Below are positions 29,371 to 38,231 of a stretch of DNA of 64,000 bases, piece after piece (within the stretch, counting starts at the first letter, position 1; every line of letters begins with the position of its first letter). Under the pieces are notes generated by a model that saw only the letters and a list, made by a program, of their open reading frames with translations, had not been told where the DNA came from and searched no databases. The translations under genes and the position numbers were made by a program. Origin of the DNA: Candidatus Hecatella orcuttiae (GTDB lineage: Archaea > Thermoproteota > Bathyarchaeia > Hecatellales > Hecatellaceae); NCBI GenBank assembly GCA_002011035.2, contig MTLY02000001.1, positions 416,001-480,000 on the forward strand, read 5' to 3'.

Positions 29371-29643
29371 ATGGTTGAACTTAAAGTTAAAGTCGGCAGC
29401 AAAGGACAGATCCTCATCCCCAAGATCCTCAGAGAAAGATACGGCATAAACCAGGGGGAATCGGTGACGATAGAACCTGCAAGCGAGGGTCTACTCATAA
29501 GGGGAAAACCCAGCCCTGACGAGGTAATGAGGAGGCTGAAAAACCACGTAGAAAAGATCAAAACCATGGCGACAGAAGAACCCAAGCTCGGCGACCTGAA
29601 AAAGACCTATCTTGAGGAGGAGTTCGAGGAGGAGAGAGCTTGA
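29371..29643 (+). CDS. AbrB/MazE/SpoVT-family antitoxin
   Basis: 'VKVGSKGQILIPKILRERYGINQGESV', acidic C-terminus, overlaps the PIN gene (TTGA). Confidence 0.9.
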   Translation: MVELKVKVGSKGQILIPKILRERYGINQGESVTIEPASEGLLIRGKPSPDEVMRRLKNHVEKIKTMATEEPKLGDLKKTYLEEEFEEERA

Positions 29644-30041
29644 AAGCTTTCTTGGACTCCAACCTCCTAGTCTACCTGAACACGATGACAGGCGAGGAGA
29701 GGAAAAGCATCGACAAGTTTTTCAGAAAGCTGCTGAACGAAACACTCTTCACCAACATGCTCGTTTTGGATGAAACCCTCTACATATCCAAAAGAAAATT
29801 TAAAGTCCCCTATGAAACCACGCTGGGTTTTCTCAGAGAAATAGTGTTACCCTACACGAAAGTTATACCCTTGGATGAGGAAGACGTAAAGTCGATGGAA
29901 AAATACCTTACCAAGCACGATTTAAAGCCATCCGACACCTTGCATCTAGCCACCATGGAAAAGGCCGGCGTAACCCGCATAGTAACAGAGGACGAAGACT
30001 ACGATAAGGTTGAGGAAGTAAGAAGGATCTGGCTCCAATAA
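29640..30041 (+). CDS. vapC: PIN-domain VapC toxin
   Basis: 'FLDSNLLVY', 'VLDET', 'LKPSDTLHLATM', 'IVTEDEDYD' acidic PIN residues. Confidence 0.9.
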   Translation: MKAFLDSNLLVYLNTMTGEERKSIDKFFRKLLNETLFTNMLVLDETLYISKRKFKVPYETTLGFLREIVLPYTKVIPLDEEDVKSMEKYLTKHDLKPSDTLHLATMEKAGVTRIVTEDEDYDKVEEVRRIWLQ

Positions 30042-30238
30042 CTTCTCCCTAGGGAATAACACCACCGCCTCAGGGCTAATTCAGACGGTTTTAAAAGACG
30101 TGGAAAGTTTACCGAAGTTTACCGTAGATAAGCTGTCTCAAATCAGAATGCAGACGATTTTCTTCAAATCGGCTTAAGCTTCCTCCCAGGCGGAAAGTCT
30201 TAAATGATTTCGAATTATATTTTCAAGTCGAGGTTTTC

Positions 30239-30478
30239 ATGTTCGAGTTTGACACCGTGATCGTGGAGGATGAGACCGGAGGCTATGTGGCATTTGTCCC
30301 CGCTTTGCCCGGCTGCCATACTCAAGGCGACACGCTGGGAGAGTTGATGAGAAATATCAAAGAGGCTATAGAGCTGTATCTTGAAACTTTAGCCGAAGAG
30401 GAGGAAGGGGGGAGTTTTAAAGCAGAGGGTGGTCAGGGTTCAGAAAGTGAAAGCCTTTGTCTAGAATCCTCCCCCTGA
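30239..30478 (+). pseudogene. hicB: HicB antitoxin, apparently frameshifted near the C-terminus
   Basis: 'EDETGGYVAFVPALPGCHTQGDTLGELMRNIKEAIELYLE'. The natural-looking tail 'VLKQRVVRVQKVKAFV*' continues in another frame after the G-run near 30407-30412. Confidence 0.7.
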
Positions 30479-30559
30479 AGCTAGATAAACCCATCAAAAT
30501 CCTCCAGAAAGCAGAATTAAGGCCGGGAAGAATTAAACAAACTCATCAAACAGGTTTGA
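30457..30559 (+). pseudogene. HicA toxin remnant with internal deletion
   Basis: TTG at 30457 gives 'MSRILPLKLDKPIKILQKAE' (HicA-like N-terminus), joined out of frame to 'REELNKLIKQV*' (HicA-like C-terminus). The catalytic GSH core is absent. Confidence 0.55.
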
Positions 30560-30568
30560 AGACCCAAA

Positions 30569-31582
30569 ATGGCTAAATCAACCATCGGAAAAGAGATAAA
30601 CCAAGTATTATCCCAGCTTAAAGAAAACATGTTTGCAGGTAAGAGAATTCTTGTTACAGGAGGAGCTGGGTTTCTGGGAAGCTGGCTCTGCGACATACTG
30701 ACAGGGACAGACGCAGAAGTATTCTGCCTAGACAACCTCGCCACAGGACTAAGGGAAAACATAGACCACCTCAGAGGGAACAAAAACTTCCATTTTATAG
30801 AGGGTAATGCGGAGAATTTCAGCCAACCCCAAAGGCTGGACATCATACTCCACTTGGCAAGCAGAACATCCCCGGAAGAATATCAGAAGCACCCCATCGA
30901 AACCCTGAAAGCCAACTCCCTTGGAACGTTGACGGTGCTGGAAGCCGCCCGCCTCAACGACGCCCTCACCCTCTACGCGTCCACAAGCGAAGTCTACGGA
31001 GACGCGCAGGTGATACCTACTCCTGAGACCTATTGGGGTCACGTCAACCCGGTGGGTGTTCGCTCCTGCTACGACGAAGGCAAGAGGTTCGGCGAAGCCC
31101 TCTGCGCCGCCTACAGGCGCCAGTACAGCTTGGATGTGAGGGTCGTCAGGATCTTCAACACCTACGGGCCGAGGATCAGGGCGGACGGCGCCTACGCTCG
31201 CGCTGTTCCAAGGTTTATAACCCAAGCCCTCTTGCAGAGGGACATAACCGTCTACGGAGACGGCTCCCAGACACGTAGCTTCTGCTACGTAACCGACACC
31301 GTAGCCGGGATGTTGAAGGCCTTAACCAGCCCCCATGCCAAGGGTGAAATATTCAACATCGGAAACCCCCATGAAATAACCATCCTCCAGCTTGCGGAAA
31401 AAATAAAGCAGATAGCCGGGAGCACTTCGCAGGTCACCTTCCATCCCCTGCCCGAAGACGACCCTAAGAGGAGATGCCCGGACATAAGCAAGGCGAAAAC
31501 CGTCTTAGGCTGGGAGCCGGTGACTTCGCTTGAAGAAGGACTGGCCAAGACGGTGGACTGGTTCCGGTCGAGGATTTTCTAA
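30569..31582 (+). CDS. uxs: UDP-glucuronate decarboxylase (UDP-xylose synthase)
   Basis: 'ILVTGGAGFLGSWLC', 'ASTSEVYGD', 'ETYWGHVNPVGVRSCYDEGKR', 'RIFNTYGPR', 'DDPKRRCPDI'. Confidence 0.92.
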   Translation: MAKSTIGKEINQVLSQLKENMFAGKRILVTGGAGFLGSWLCDILTGTDAEVFCLDNLATGLRENIDHLRGNKNFHFIEGNAENFSQPQRLDIILHLASRTSPEEYQKHPIETLKANSLGTLTVLEAARLNDALTLYASTSEVYGDAQVIPTPETYWGHVNPVGVRSCYDEGKRFGEALCAAYRRQYSLDVRVVRIFNTYGPRIRADGAYARAVPRFITQALLQRDITVYGDGSQTRSFCYVTDTVAGMLKALTSPHAKGEIFNIGNPHEITILQLAEKIKQIAGSTSQVTFHPLPEDDPKRRCPDISKAKTVLGWEPVTSLEEGLAKTVDWFRSRIF

Positions 31583-31594
31583 GTTACGGGGAGA

Positions 31595-32473
31595 CTATTT
31601 CGCACGGCCGTAGGATACGCGCAGAGCATCCCAGTAGGTCGTCGGGTTTCCTATATCCACCCGGATGTTGTCGGAGCCCAGTTTCAGGGCGTATACTTTA
31701 AAGCCGCCTTCAACCAGCATCTGAATGGCATCCGTCAACTGCTTTTCCCCCCTCTCGTCCACACCAACTCTCTCCAGCATCTTGAAGATTACGGGGTTGA
31801 ACAAATACAGGGCGACAACAGCCAGTTTGGAGGGGGCGACCTTAGGTTTCTCGACGATGCGTTTGACACTGTAGATTCTCCCCGCCACCCTCTCGCCTTC
31901 TATGACTCCGTAGATTCGGGGGTCTTCAACCTCATCCACCACAAACGTGGCATCCGACCCATACTTGCTGTGTACGTCTACAAGGTTTTTCAGAAGCTTA
32001 TCCGCGTTCGCAGCTATGTAGGTGTCCCCTGCATAAACCAGGAAGGGCTCGTCTCCGATGAAGTAGCGGGCCCTGTAGACGGCGTCGCCGAAGCCTCGGG
32101 GGCTAGGCTGGTTCACCCAAACGATGTTGGAGCGGTCGACCATCCTGTAAAACCTCCTGACCTCTGAGACGGTGAGCTTGTTGCTGGGTTTCTTGACCTT
32201 CAACGCCTTCTCGTCGTGGGCGAAATGGTCTTCGATAGCCCGCTTACCCCGGCCTACGATGAAACAGAAGTTTCTTATTCCGAAATCGAATATCTGCTCG
32301 AAGACAGATTGGAGAAGGGGCTTAACGTAGACCCCGCCATTTCTGCCCTTGCAGAAAATGGGCAGCATTTCTTTGGGCTGTTCTATGGTGGCGGGATAAA
32401 GCCGGGTGCCAAGCCCCGCGGCGGGGATGACAACCTTCCGCACCTGCATTTTTTCACGCACCGAGTCCGCCAA
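31595..32473 (-). CDS. galU: UTP-glucose-1-phosphate uridylyltransferase
   Basis: 'VIPAAGLGTRLYPAT..PKEMLP', 'GRGKRAIEDHF', 'Q..PRGFGDAV', 'VEKP', 'QLTDAI'. Confidence 0.88.
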   Translation of the reverse strand: MADSVREKMQVRKVVIPAAGLGTRLYPATIEQPKEMLPIFCKGRNGGVYVKPLLQSVFEQIFDFGIRNFCFIVGRGKRAIEDHFAHDEKALKVKKPSNKLTVSEVRRFYRMVDRSNIVWVNQPSPRGFGDAVYRARYFIGDEPFLVYAGDTYIAANADKLLKNLVDVHSKYGSDATFVVDEVEDPRIYGVIEGERVAGRIYSVKRIVEKPKVAPSKLAVVALYLFNPVIFKMLERVGVDERGEKQLTDAIQMLVEGGFKVYALKLGSDNIRVDIGNPTTYWDALRVSYGRAK

Positions 32474-32506
32474 ATATCCCCCTCACGAGAATGCATATAA
32501 GAGTTA

Positions 32507-33850
32507 TTACGAAGGTTGATGGCCCCAACCAACAGCGGCAAACCTCAACTTTTTGGAGAAAACATTGGGGTTGAAAACCTTCCTGCCGTCGACCACGGCG
32601 GGGTTGCGCATGACCTTTGTGAAGTCTCCGGGTTTAAGTTTCTTGAACTCACTCCACTCTGTGACCAGTATGCAGCAGTCAGCCTTTTTGAGGCAGTCCC
32701 GCGGGGAACCAGCATACATGATTTTTTTCCCGTAGAGTTTTTCCACCTCAGGCATAGCCACAGGGTCGTACACAGCTACCTCAGCCCCCAAACCCAGCAG
32801 CCTGTCGATGATCTTCAGCGAAGCAGCCTCCCGGATGTCGCTGGTCTCAGGCTTGAAGGCTAAACCTAAAAGGGCCACCCGTTTCCCCTTCAAGCTTCCC
32901 ACCAGCTGCTCAGCAAGCTCCACCCCATGAAACGCCTGCCGCTCATTTACATCCAAAATGCTCCGGAGGAGGAGGGGAGGGTATCTCTTCCGCTGGGCAT
33001 AGGCTATCAGGGCCCTAACGTCTTTTGGGAAACATGAGCCGCCGAAGCCCAGCCCAGCCTCAAGAAACAGGTGGCCGATGCGCTTGTCGTAGCCCATACC
33101 CTTCGCCACCTCAGCCACATCCACGCCGGCCGTGGCTTCGCAGATACGGGCTATTTCGTTTATGAAAGAGATTTTAGCAGCGAGGAAAGCGTTGCTGGCG
33201 TACTTCACCATCTCAGCTGAAGCCAAACTCATCCGGAGAATGGGAGGGGTCTTCTTTCCGTAAAACCTGCGGTAAAACTTGTGCAGAATGTCCCCCGACT
33301 TTCGGTCGTACTCACCTATCACAACGCGGTCTGTGTGAAACGTATCGTAGACAGCCTTGCCCTCGCGCAGAAACTCGGGGCTCATGCAGAGGCCGAAACC
33401 GTCTCCCGCCTTCTTCCCCGAGTGTTTCTCAACGGAATCCTTAACCAGCCCGCCGGTGGTTCCCGGTACAACCGTACTCTTAACCACAACAAGATGATAC
33501 CCCCTTTTCTCAGCGATGGCCTCCCCGATTTCTTCACTGGACCGCTTGATGATGGACAGGTCGATGTCTCCGTCCGGCCGGCTGGGGGTTCCCACAGCGA
33601 TAAACGTGATCTCAGAATTTGAAGCCGCCTCCTTGAGATCCGTGGTGCATCGGAAAAGCTTACTCTTCAACGAGCTTCTGAGGAGACGCTTCAGTTTAGG
33701 CTCGTAGAAGGGGGGCTCCCCTTGGTTAATAGTCTTCGCCTTGTCTTCGTCGTGGGTTACAGCGTAGGCCTTGAAGCCTCTCTCGGCAAAGCAGACTGCG
33801 GAAACTAAACCTACAAACCCAGTGCCGGTGACTGATACGCCTTTAATCAA
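32507..33850 (-). CDS. ugd: UDP-glucose 6-dehydrogenase
   Basis: 'GTGFVGL', 'IAVGTP', 'KSTVVPGT', 'PEFLREG', 'KYASNAFLAAKISFINE', catalytic 'GFGGSCFPKD'. Confidence 0.93.
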   Translation of the reverse strand: MIKGVSVTGTGFVGLVSAVCFAERGFKAYAVTHDEDKAKTINQGEPPFYEPKLKRLLRSSLKSKLFRCTTDLKEAASNSEITFIAVGTPSRPDGDIDLSIIKRSSEEIGEAIAEKRGYHLVVVKSTVVPGTTGGLVKDSVEKHSGKKAGDGFGLCMSPEFLREGKAVYDTFHTDRVVIGEYDRKSGDILHKFYRRFYGKKTPPILRMSLASAEMVKYASNAFLAAKISFINEIARICEATAGVDVAEVAKGMGYDKRIGHLFLEAGLGFGGSCFPKDVRALIAYAQRKRYPPLLLRSILDVNERQAFHGVELAEQLVGSLKGKRVALLGLAFKPETSDIREAASLKIIDRLLGLGAEVAVYDPVAMPEVEKLYGKKIMYAGSPRDCLKKADCCILVTEWSEFKKLKPGDFTKVMRNPAVVDGRKVFNPNVFSKKLRFAAVGWGHQPS

Positions 33851-34134
33851 CGGTTATTCCACCTGAAAAATGCAGCTTAACTTCAATGAGCCCTCAACCT
33901 GCTACAAAAGATAACGTATAACGCACTTCACATACACTCTTTAGGAATTAGTTAGGCGGCTTATATTTAAAATAATTTACGTTTTCCGAACGATGAACAA
34001 ACATCGAAAGCCACTGAATCGAGAATCCCTTGTTCTTGCTCATCAGGGGAAAGACTGGCCGCCTAAGATATGAATGTTTTTAAATATTTAGAGGAGGCTA
34101 AGTTTGTTCCGTCAATCAGGGGCGGGGGTCTCTC

Positions 34135-35514
34135 CTGTCGAGAAAAGTTTTGGTCGTAGGCTTGGACGCTGCTCCTCCTGAGCTGGTCTTCCACAAGTTC
34201 AGAGACATCCTCCCCAACCTAGGGGAAATGCTGGACAGAGGCGCCTACGGGGAACTGGAAAGCTGCCATCCGCCCATAACCATCCCCGCTTGGGCTGTTT
34301 TGGCCACAGGCAAGAACCCGGGGAAACTGGGGCTTTACGGTTTCAGGTATAGGAGGAACTTTTCCTACACTGAGCAGGGCATCGCCACCTCCCTTTCGGT
34401 TAGGGAGCCGGCTCTCTGGGAGGTTTTCTCAGACCAAGGGCATTCCTCCTGCCTGGTGGGAGTTCCTCCCAGCTACCCCCCACGGCCCCTGAACGGTAAC
34501 ATGATCTCCTGCTTCATAACCCCCAGTGCGGAGAAGGCTTACACCTACCCCCTGGGGCTGAAGAGGGAAGTGGAGAGGCTGGTGGGGAGGTACCTCTTCG
34601 ACGTGGAGTTCAGAGTTGAAGACAGAGAAAGACTTCTCCGGAGGCTTTACGAGATGACGGAGAAGAGGTTTAGAGTCCTAAACTACCTGATGGAACACAA
34701 GAAATGGGATTTTTTCATGTTCGTCGAAATCGGCTTGGACAGGCTTCACCACGCCTTCTGGAAGTTCTTCGACCCCCAGCACCCCAAATACGAGGCCGGC
34801 AACAGCTTCGAAGGGGTGATCGAAGACTACTACAAATACCTCGACTTGAAGGTGGGGGAAATGCTGAAGACCGCGGGAAAGGACACGCTGACCTTCGCCG
34901 TCTCCGACCACGGGGTCAAAGGGATGAAAGGCGCCTTCTGCATCAACCAATGGCTGGCTGAGGAAGGATACCTCACCTTCACCCACCCGCCGGGCGGAGT
35001 CGTAGACTTGGAAGAAGCTCCCGTCGACTGGGAGAAAACCCTAGCCTGGGGGTGGGGCGGCTACTATGCGAGGATTTTCCTCAACGTCAAAGGCCGGGAG
35101 CCCCGGGGCGTGGTAGACCCCGGGGACTATGAATCCCTCAGGGATGAGCTGGCTGGGAAGCTGTCGGAGCTCAGAGACCCTGAGGGAAGAAGAATGCGGA
35201 ACAGAGTGTTTAAACCCCAACAGCTCTACCCGGAGCTCCACGGCGAGCCTCCAGACCTGCTGGTGTACTTGGACGACCTTTACTGGAGGTCCGCTGGAAC
35301 GGTAGGGCATGGAAGCCTTTACCTCTCTGAGAACGACAAAGGCCCCGACGACGCGGTGCACTCCATGCACGGCATCTACATCGCCTACGATCCCCAAGAA
35401 ACCCTGAAGAAGGGAAGAGTGGAGAAAGCCCGCCTCCTAGATGTGGCGCCTACCATCCTCCACCTAGCCGGCCTCCCGGTACCAGAGGACATGGAGGGTA
35501 GAGTCCTAGAATAG
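34135..35514 (+). CDS. AlkP-superfamily type I phosphodiesterase/nucleotide pyrophosphatase-like protein
   Basis: 'KVLVVGLDAA', nucleophile region 'SCHPPITIPAW...TGKNPG', 'DRLHHAFW', 'VSDHG', 'DVAPTIL'. Candidate CTG start at 34135 (tracked TTG at 34150). Confidence 0.85.
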   Translation: MSRKVLVVGLDAAPPELVFHKFRDILPNLGEMLDRGAYGELESCHPPITIPAWAVLATGKNPGKLGLYGFRYRRNFSYTEQGIATSLSVREPALWEVFSDQGHSSCLVGVPPSYPPRPLNGNMISCFITPSAEKAYTYPLGLKREVERLVGRYLFDVEFRVEDRERLLRRLYEMTEKRFRVLNYLMEHKKWDFFMFVEIGLDRLHHAFWKFFDPQHPKYEAGNSFEGVIEDYYKYLDLKVGEMLKTAGKDTLTFAVSDHGVKGMKGAFCINQWLAEEGYLTFTHPPGGVVDLEEAPVDWEKTLAWGWGGYYARIFLNVKGREPRGVVDPGDYESLRDELAGKLSELRDPEGRRMRNRVFKPQQLYPELHGEPPDLLVYLDDLYWRSAGTVGHGSLYLSENDKGPDDAVHSMHGIYIAYDPQETLKKGRVEKARLLDVAPTILHLAGLPVPEDMEGRVLE

Positions 35515-35520
35515 AGGAGC

Positions 35521-36054
35521 GTGCTCAGGGTGGGTAAAGGCTTCACAGTCTGGTTAACCGGCCTTCCCGGAGCCGGGAAGACCACCACAGCCCGAGGCTT
35601 GGAGCATGCCCTGAAGACCAAGGGCCTGCGGGTTGAAGTCTTGGACGGGGATGAAATCCGAAAGGCGCTGAGCCCTGAGGCTGGGTTCAGCCGAGAGGAC
35701 CGGGAGAGGCACATCCGACGGGTTGCCCACGTGAGCAAGCTGCTGGCCCGGAATGGGGTGGCTGTCATCGTCTCCTTGGTTTCCCCCTACCGCTCCGTCA
35801 GGGAGCACGCTCGGAGGGAGATTCGGAACTTCGTGGAGGTTTGGGTGAAATGCCCCTTGGAAACCTGCATTCAACGGGACCCTAAGGGCCTCTACAAGAA
35901 GGCTTTGGCCGGGGAGCTGGAGAATATGACGGGGATTCAAGACCCCTACGAGGAGCCGCTGAACCCTGAGGTCGTCGTGGACACGGAAGCGGAGCCGCCT
36001 GAGGCCTGCGTGGAAAAAATCCTGAACAAGCTGAGAGAGCTGGATTACTGTTAA
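35521..36054 (+). CDS. cysC: Adenylyl-sulfate kinase
   Basis: 'WLTGLPGAGKTT', 'LDGDEIR', 'GFSREDR', 'SLVSPYR', 'RDPKGLYKKA', 'TGIQDPYEEP'. Confidence 0.95.
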   Translation: MLRVGKGFTVWLTGLPGAGKTTTARGLEHALKTKGLRVEVLDGDEIRKALSPEAGFSREDRERHIRRVAHVSKLLARNGVAVIVSLVSPYRSVREHARREIRNFVEVWVKCPLETCIQRDPKGLYKKALAGELENMTGIQDPYEEPLNPEVVVDTEAEPPEACVEKILNKLRELDYC

Positions 36055-36155
36055 ATTCGAAAAAGGCTTAATTTTTTAACCCAATACACCTATCACGTGG
36101 GCGGAGCGTAGCCCTACGCTAGGGCTGTTCCACAGCAAGTTGAAGGTTTCAAAAA

Positions 36156-36725
36156 TTGAGTGAGAAAATCCGCTCCTTCATATCCGTCGACGTGGAAGAC
36201 AGGCAGCTGGTGGAGAGGCTGGTGGAGCTTCAGCAAACCCTCCGGCAGACGGGAGCCGACCTCAAACTGGTGGAGCCTGAAAACCTGCACTTCACCCTCC
36301 GCTTCCTCGGGGAGCTTTCACCGTCAACCCTCAAGGCGGTGGTTGAAGAGCTGGGGAAGCTGCGTTTTCAACCCTTCCCTGTCCGCCTTCAAGGCCTAGG
36401 CGCCTTCCCCAGCGTGAGGAGGATCAACGTCGTCTGGGTGGGGATGTCGGAGGGGGCTGAAAAGCTGGGGGAAATCGCCAAAAACCTAGAAGCCGGCTTG
36501 CGGAGGATAGGCATCCCCCCTGATCCCAAAGGCTTCAGCCCCCACCTAACCCTAGCCCGGGTGAAAACAGGGAAGAACCGGGAAGAACTGTCCCGCCTCC
36601 TGGCTCAGCATTCCCAAACTCCAGTGGGCAGGATGGAGGTGAAGGCAGTTCGGCTGAAGAGAAGCATCCTCACCCCAAAAGGGCCTAGGTACTCTACCGT
36701 CCACGAGGTTTCAGGCTTTGGCTAG
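36156..36725 (+). CDS. thpR: RNA 2',3'-cyclic phosphodiesterase (2H family)
   Basis: Two HxT motifs, 'NLHFTLRFLG' and 'FSPHLTLAR'; 'LTPKGPRY'. Coupled to cca. Confidence 0.93.
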   Translation: MSEKIRSFISVDVEDRQLVERLVELQQTLRQTGADLKLVEPENLHFTLRFLGELSPSTLKAVVEELGKLRFQPFPVRLQGLGAFPSVRRINVVWVGMSEGAEKLGEIAKNLEAGLRRIGIPPDPKGFSPHLTLARVKTGKNREELSRLLAQHSQTPVGRMEVKAVRLKRSILTPKGPRYSTVHEVSGFG

Positions 36726-38145
36726 AAGAAAAGAAATCTACACCATCCTAGCTGAAGTAGCCCGGAGGGTTACTCCCACCCCTGCGGAGCGGAGGCAGGT
36801 TTCCGGGATGGCGGAGGAGCTGAGGAAGAGGGTTGAAGAACTAGCTCGGGAGAGGGGTGTTCCCGCGGAGGTGAGGGTGGAAGGCTCCGTGGCCAAGGAC
36901 ACTTGGCTGAGGGGAGACGCGGACATCGACGTGTTCATGCTCATCCCCGAGCATGTGGAGAGGCGGGAGATAGCCTCCACCTACATGGAAATAGCCCGCG
37001 AAAGCCTGAGAGGCTACCCTCAAACCGAAAGGTACGCGGAGCACCCCTACGTGGAAGCCCAGCTTACCCCCACGGTCAAGGCCAACATCGTCCCCTGCTA
37101 CCGGGTTAAGCCGCCCCGATGGAAGACAGCCACCGACAGGACGCCCTACCACACGGAGTATGTCAGAAAAAAGCTGAGGTCGGAGAAGGGGAAAAAAGAG
37201 GTTCGGCTTCTCAAGAGGTTCATGAAGGGAATCAGCGTCTACGGCTCCGACATCAAGGTAGGCGGCTTCAGCGGATACCTCGCCGAGCTGCTCATCATCC
37301 ACTACGGAAGCTTCCTCAACACCTTAGAGGCTTCCTCCCAGTGGAGAAGGGGGGAGTTCCTCGACGTGGAAGACTACTTCGGCGGGAGGGGGGAGGAAGC
37401 TCGAAAGCTTTTCGACAGCCCTCCCCTCCTCGCCGTCGACCCGGTGGACAGGCATAGGAACGTGGCCTCAGCCCTCAGGGAGGAGTGCTTCCACTTCTTC
37501 CGGGAGGCTTCGAAACGCTTCCTCCACCAGCCCAGCCGGAGGTTTTTCTATCCCCCCTCCCCCAAGCCTTTGGCGGCTAGGCGGCTGCAGGAAGCCCTAG
37601 CCCGCCGTGGAGGCTACCTTCTCTTCCTCAAGCTGGGGGCGGTGAAGGCGGTTCCCGACGTCCTCTGGGGACAGCTTTACAAGACGGAGAAGGCCCTCGT
37701 GAGGCTGCTGGAGGATTTCGACTTCCAAGTCCTAAGGTCCGCTGTGTGGAGTGACGAAGCCTCCAACTCTGTCTTGGTCTTTGAACTCGAAGAAGGCTCG
37801 CAAGGGGGGACGGTGAAACACCTAGGGCCGCCTGTCTTGGCCGGGGAGGAAGAAAATTTCCTAGCCAAACATCTGGGTGGAAGAAACACCGTTTCAGGAC
37901 CCTACATCGAGGGCGGCAGGTGGGCTGTCCTGGTCAGGAGGAAGTACACCGACGCCAAAACCATGCTCAGAGATAAACTGGCCGACGGCGGCCGGAGCGT
38001 AGGCGTGGCCAGCCGCTTGGCTGAAACCATCCGGGAAGGCTTCAACCTCCTAGCCAGCGGAGAAATCTCCCGCTTCTACCAGCAGCACCGAGACTTCGCC
38101 GCCTTCCTAACGAGGTTCTTAGACGGGAAGCCTCCTTGGCTTTGA
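36718..38145 (+). CDS. cca: Archaeal class I CCA-adding enzyme
   Basis: 'GSVAKDTWLRGDADIDVF', 'YAEHPY', 'DRTPYHT', 'GFSGYLAELL', 'DPVDRHRNVA'. Confidence 0.95.
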   Translation: MARRKEIYTILAEVARRVTPTPAERRQVSGMAEELRKRVEELARERGVPAEVRVEGSVAKDTWLRGDADIDVFMLIPEHVERREIASTYMEIARESLRGYPQTERYAEHPYVEAQLTPTVKANIVPCYRVKPPRWKTATDRTPYHTEYVRKKLRSEKGKKEVRLLKRFMKGISVYGSDIKVGGFSGYLAELLIIHYGSFLNTLEASSQWRRGEFLDVEDYFGGRGEEARKLFDSPPLLAVDPVDRHRNVASALREECFHFFREASKRFLHQPSRRFFYPPSPKPLAARRLQEALARRGGYLLFLKLGAVKAVPDVLWGQLYKTEKALVRLLEDFDFQVLRSAVWSDEASNSVLVFELEEGSQGGTVKHLGPPVLAGEEENFLAKHLGGRNTVSGPYIEGGRWAVLVRRKYTDAKTMLRDKLADGGRSVGVASRLAETIREGFNLLASGEISRFYQQHRDFAAFLTRFLDGKPPWL

Positions 38146-38231
38146 CCCGGGTTTTTTCAGGCACCAGCCCTAAAGCTCTTTAAGCCACTTGTCCTTCACT
38201 AAAAAGTTAAACAGTGAATGGGGAAAAGGCT

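Noticed and set aside
30104-30125. Tandem AAGTTTACCG duplication
   Set aside because: Only two copies of 10 nt and no spacers; not a CRISPR or an IS end.
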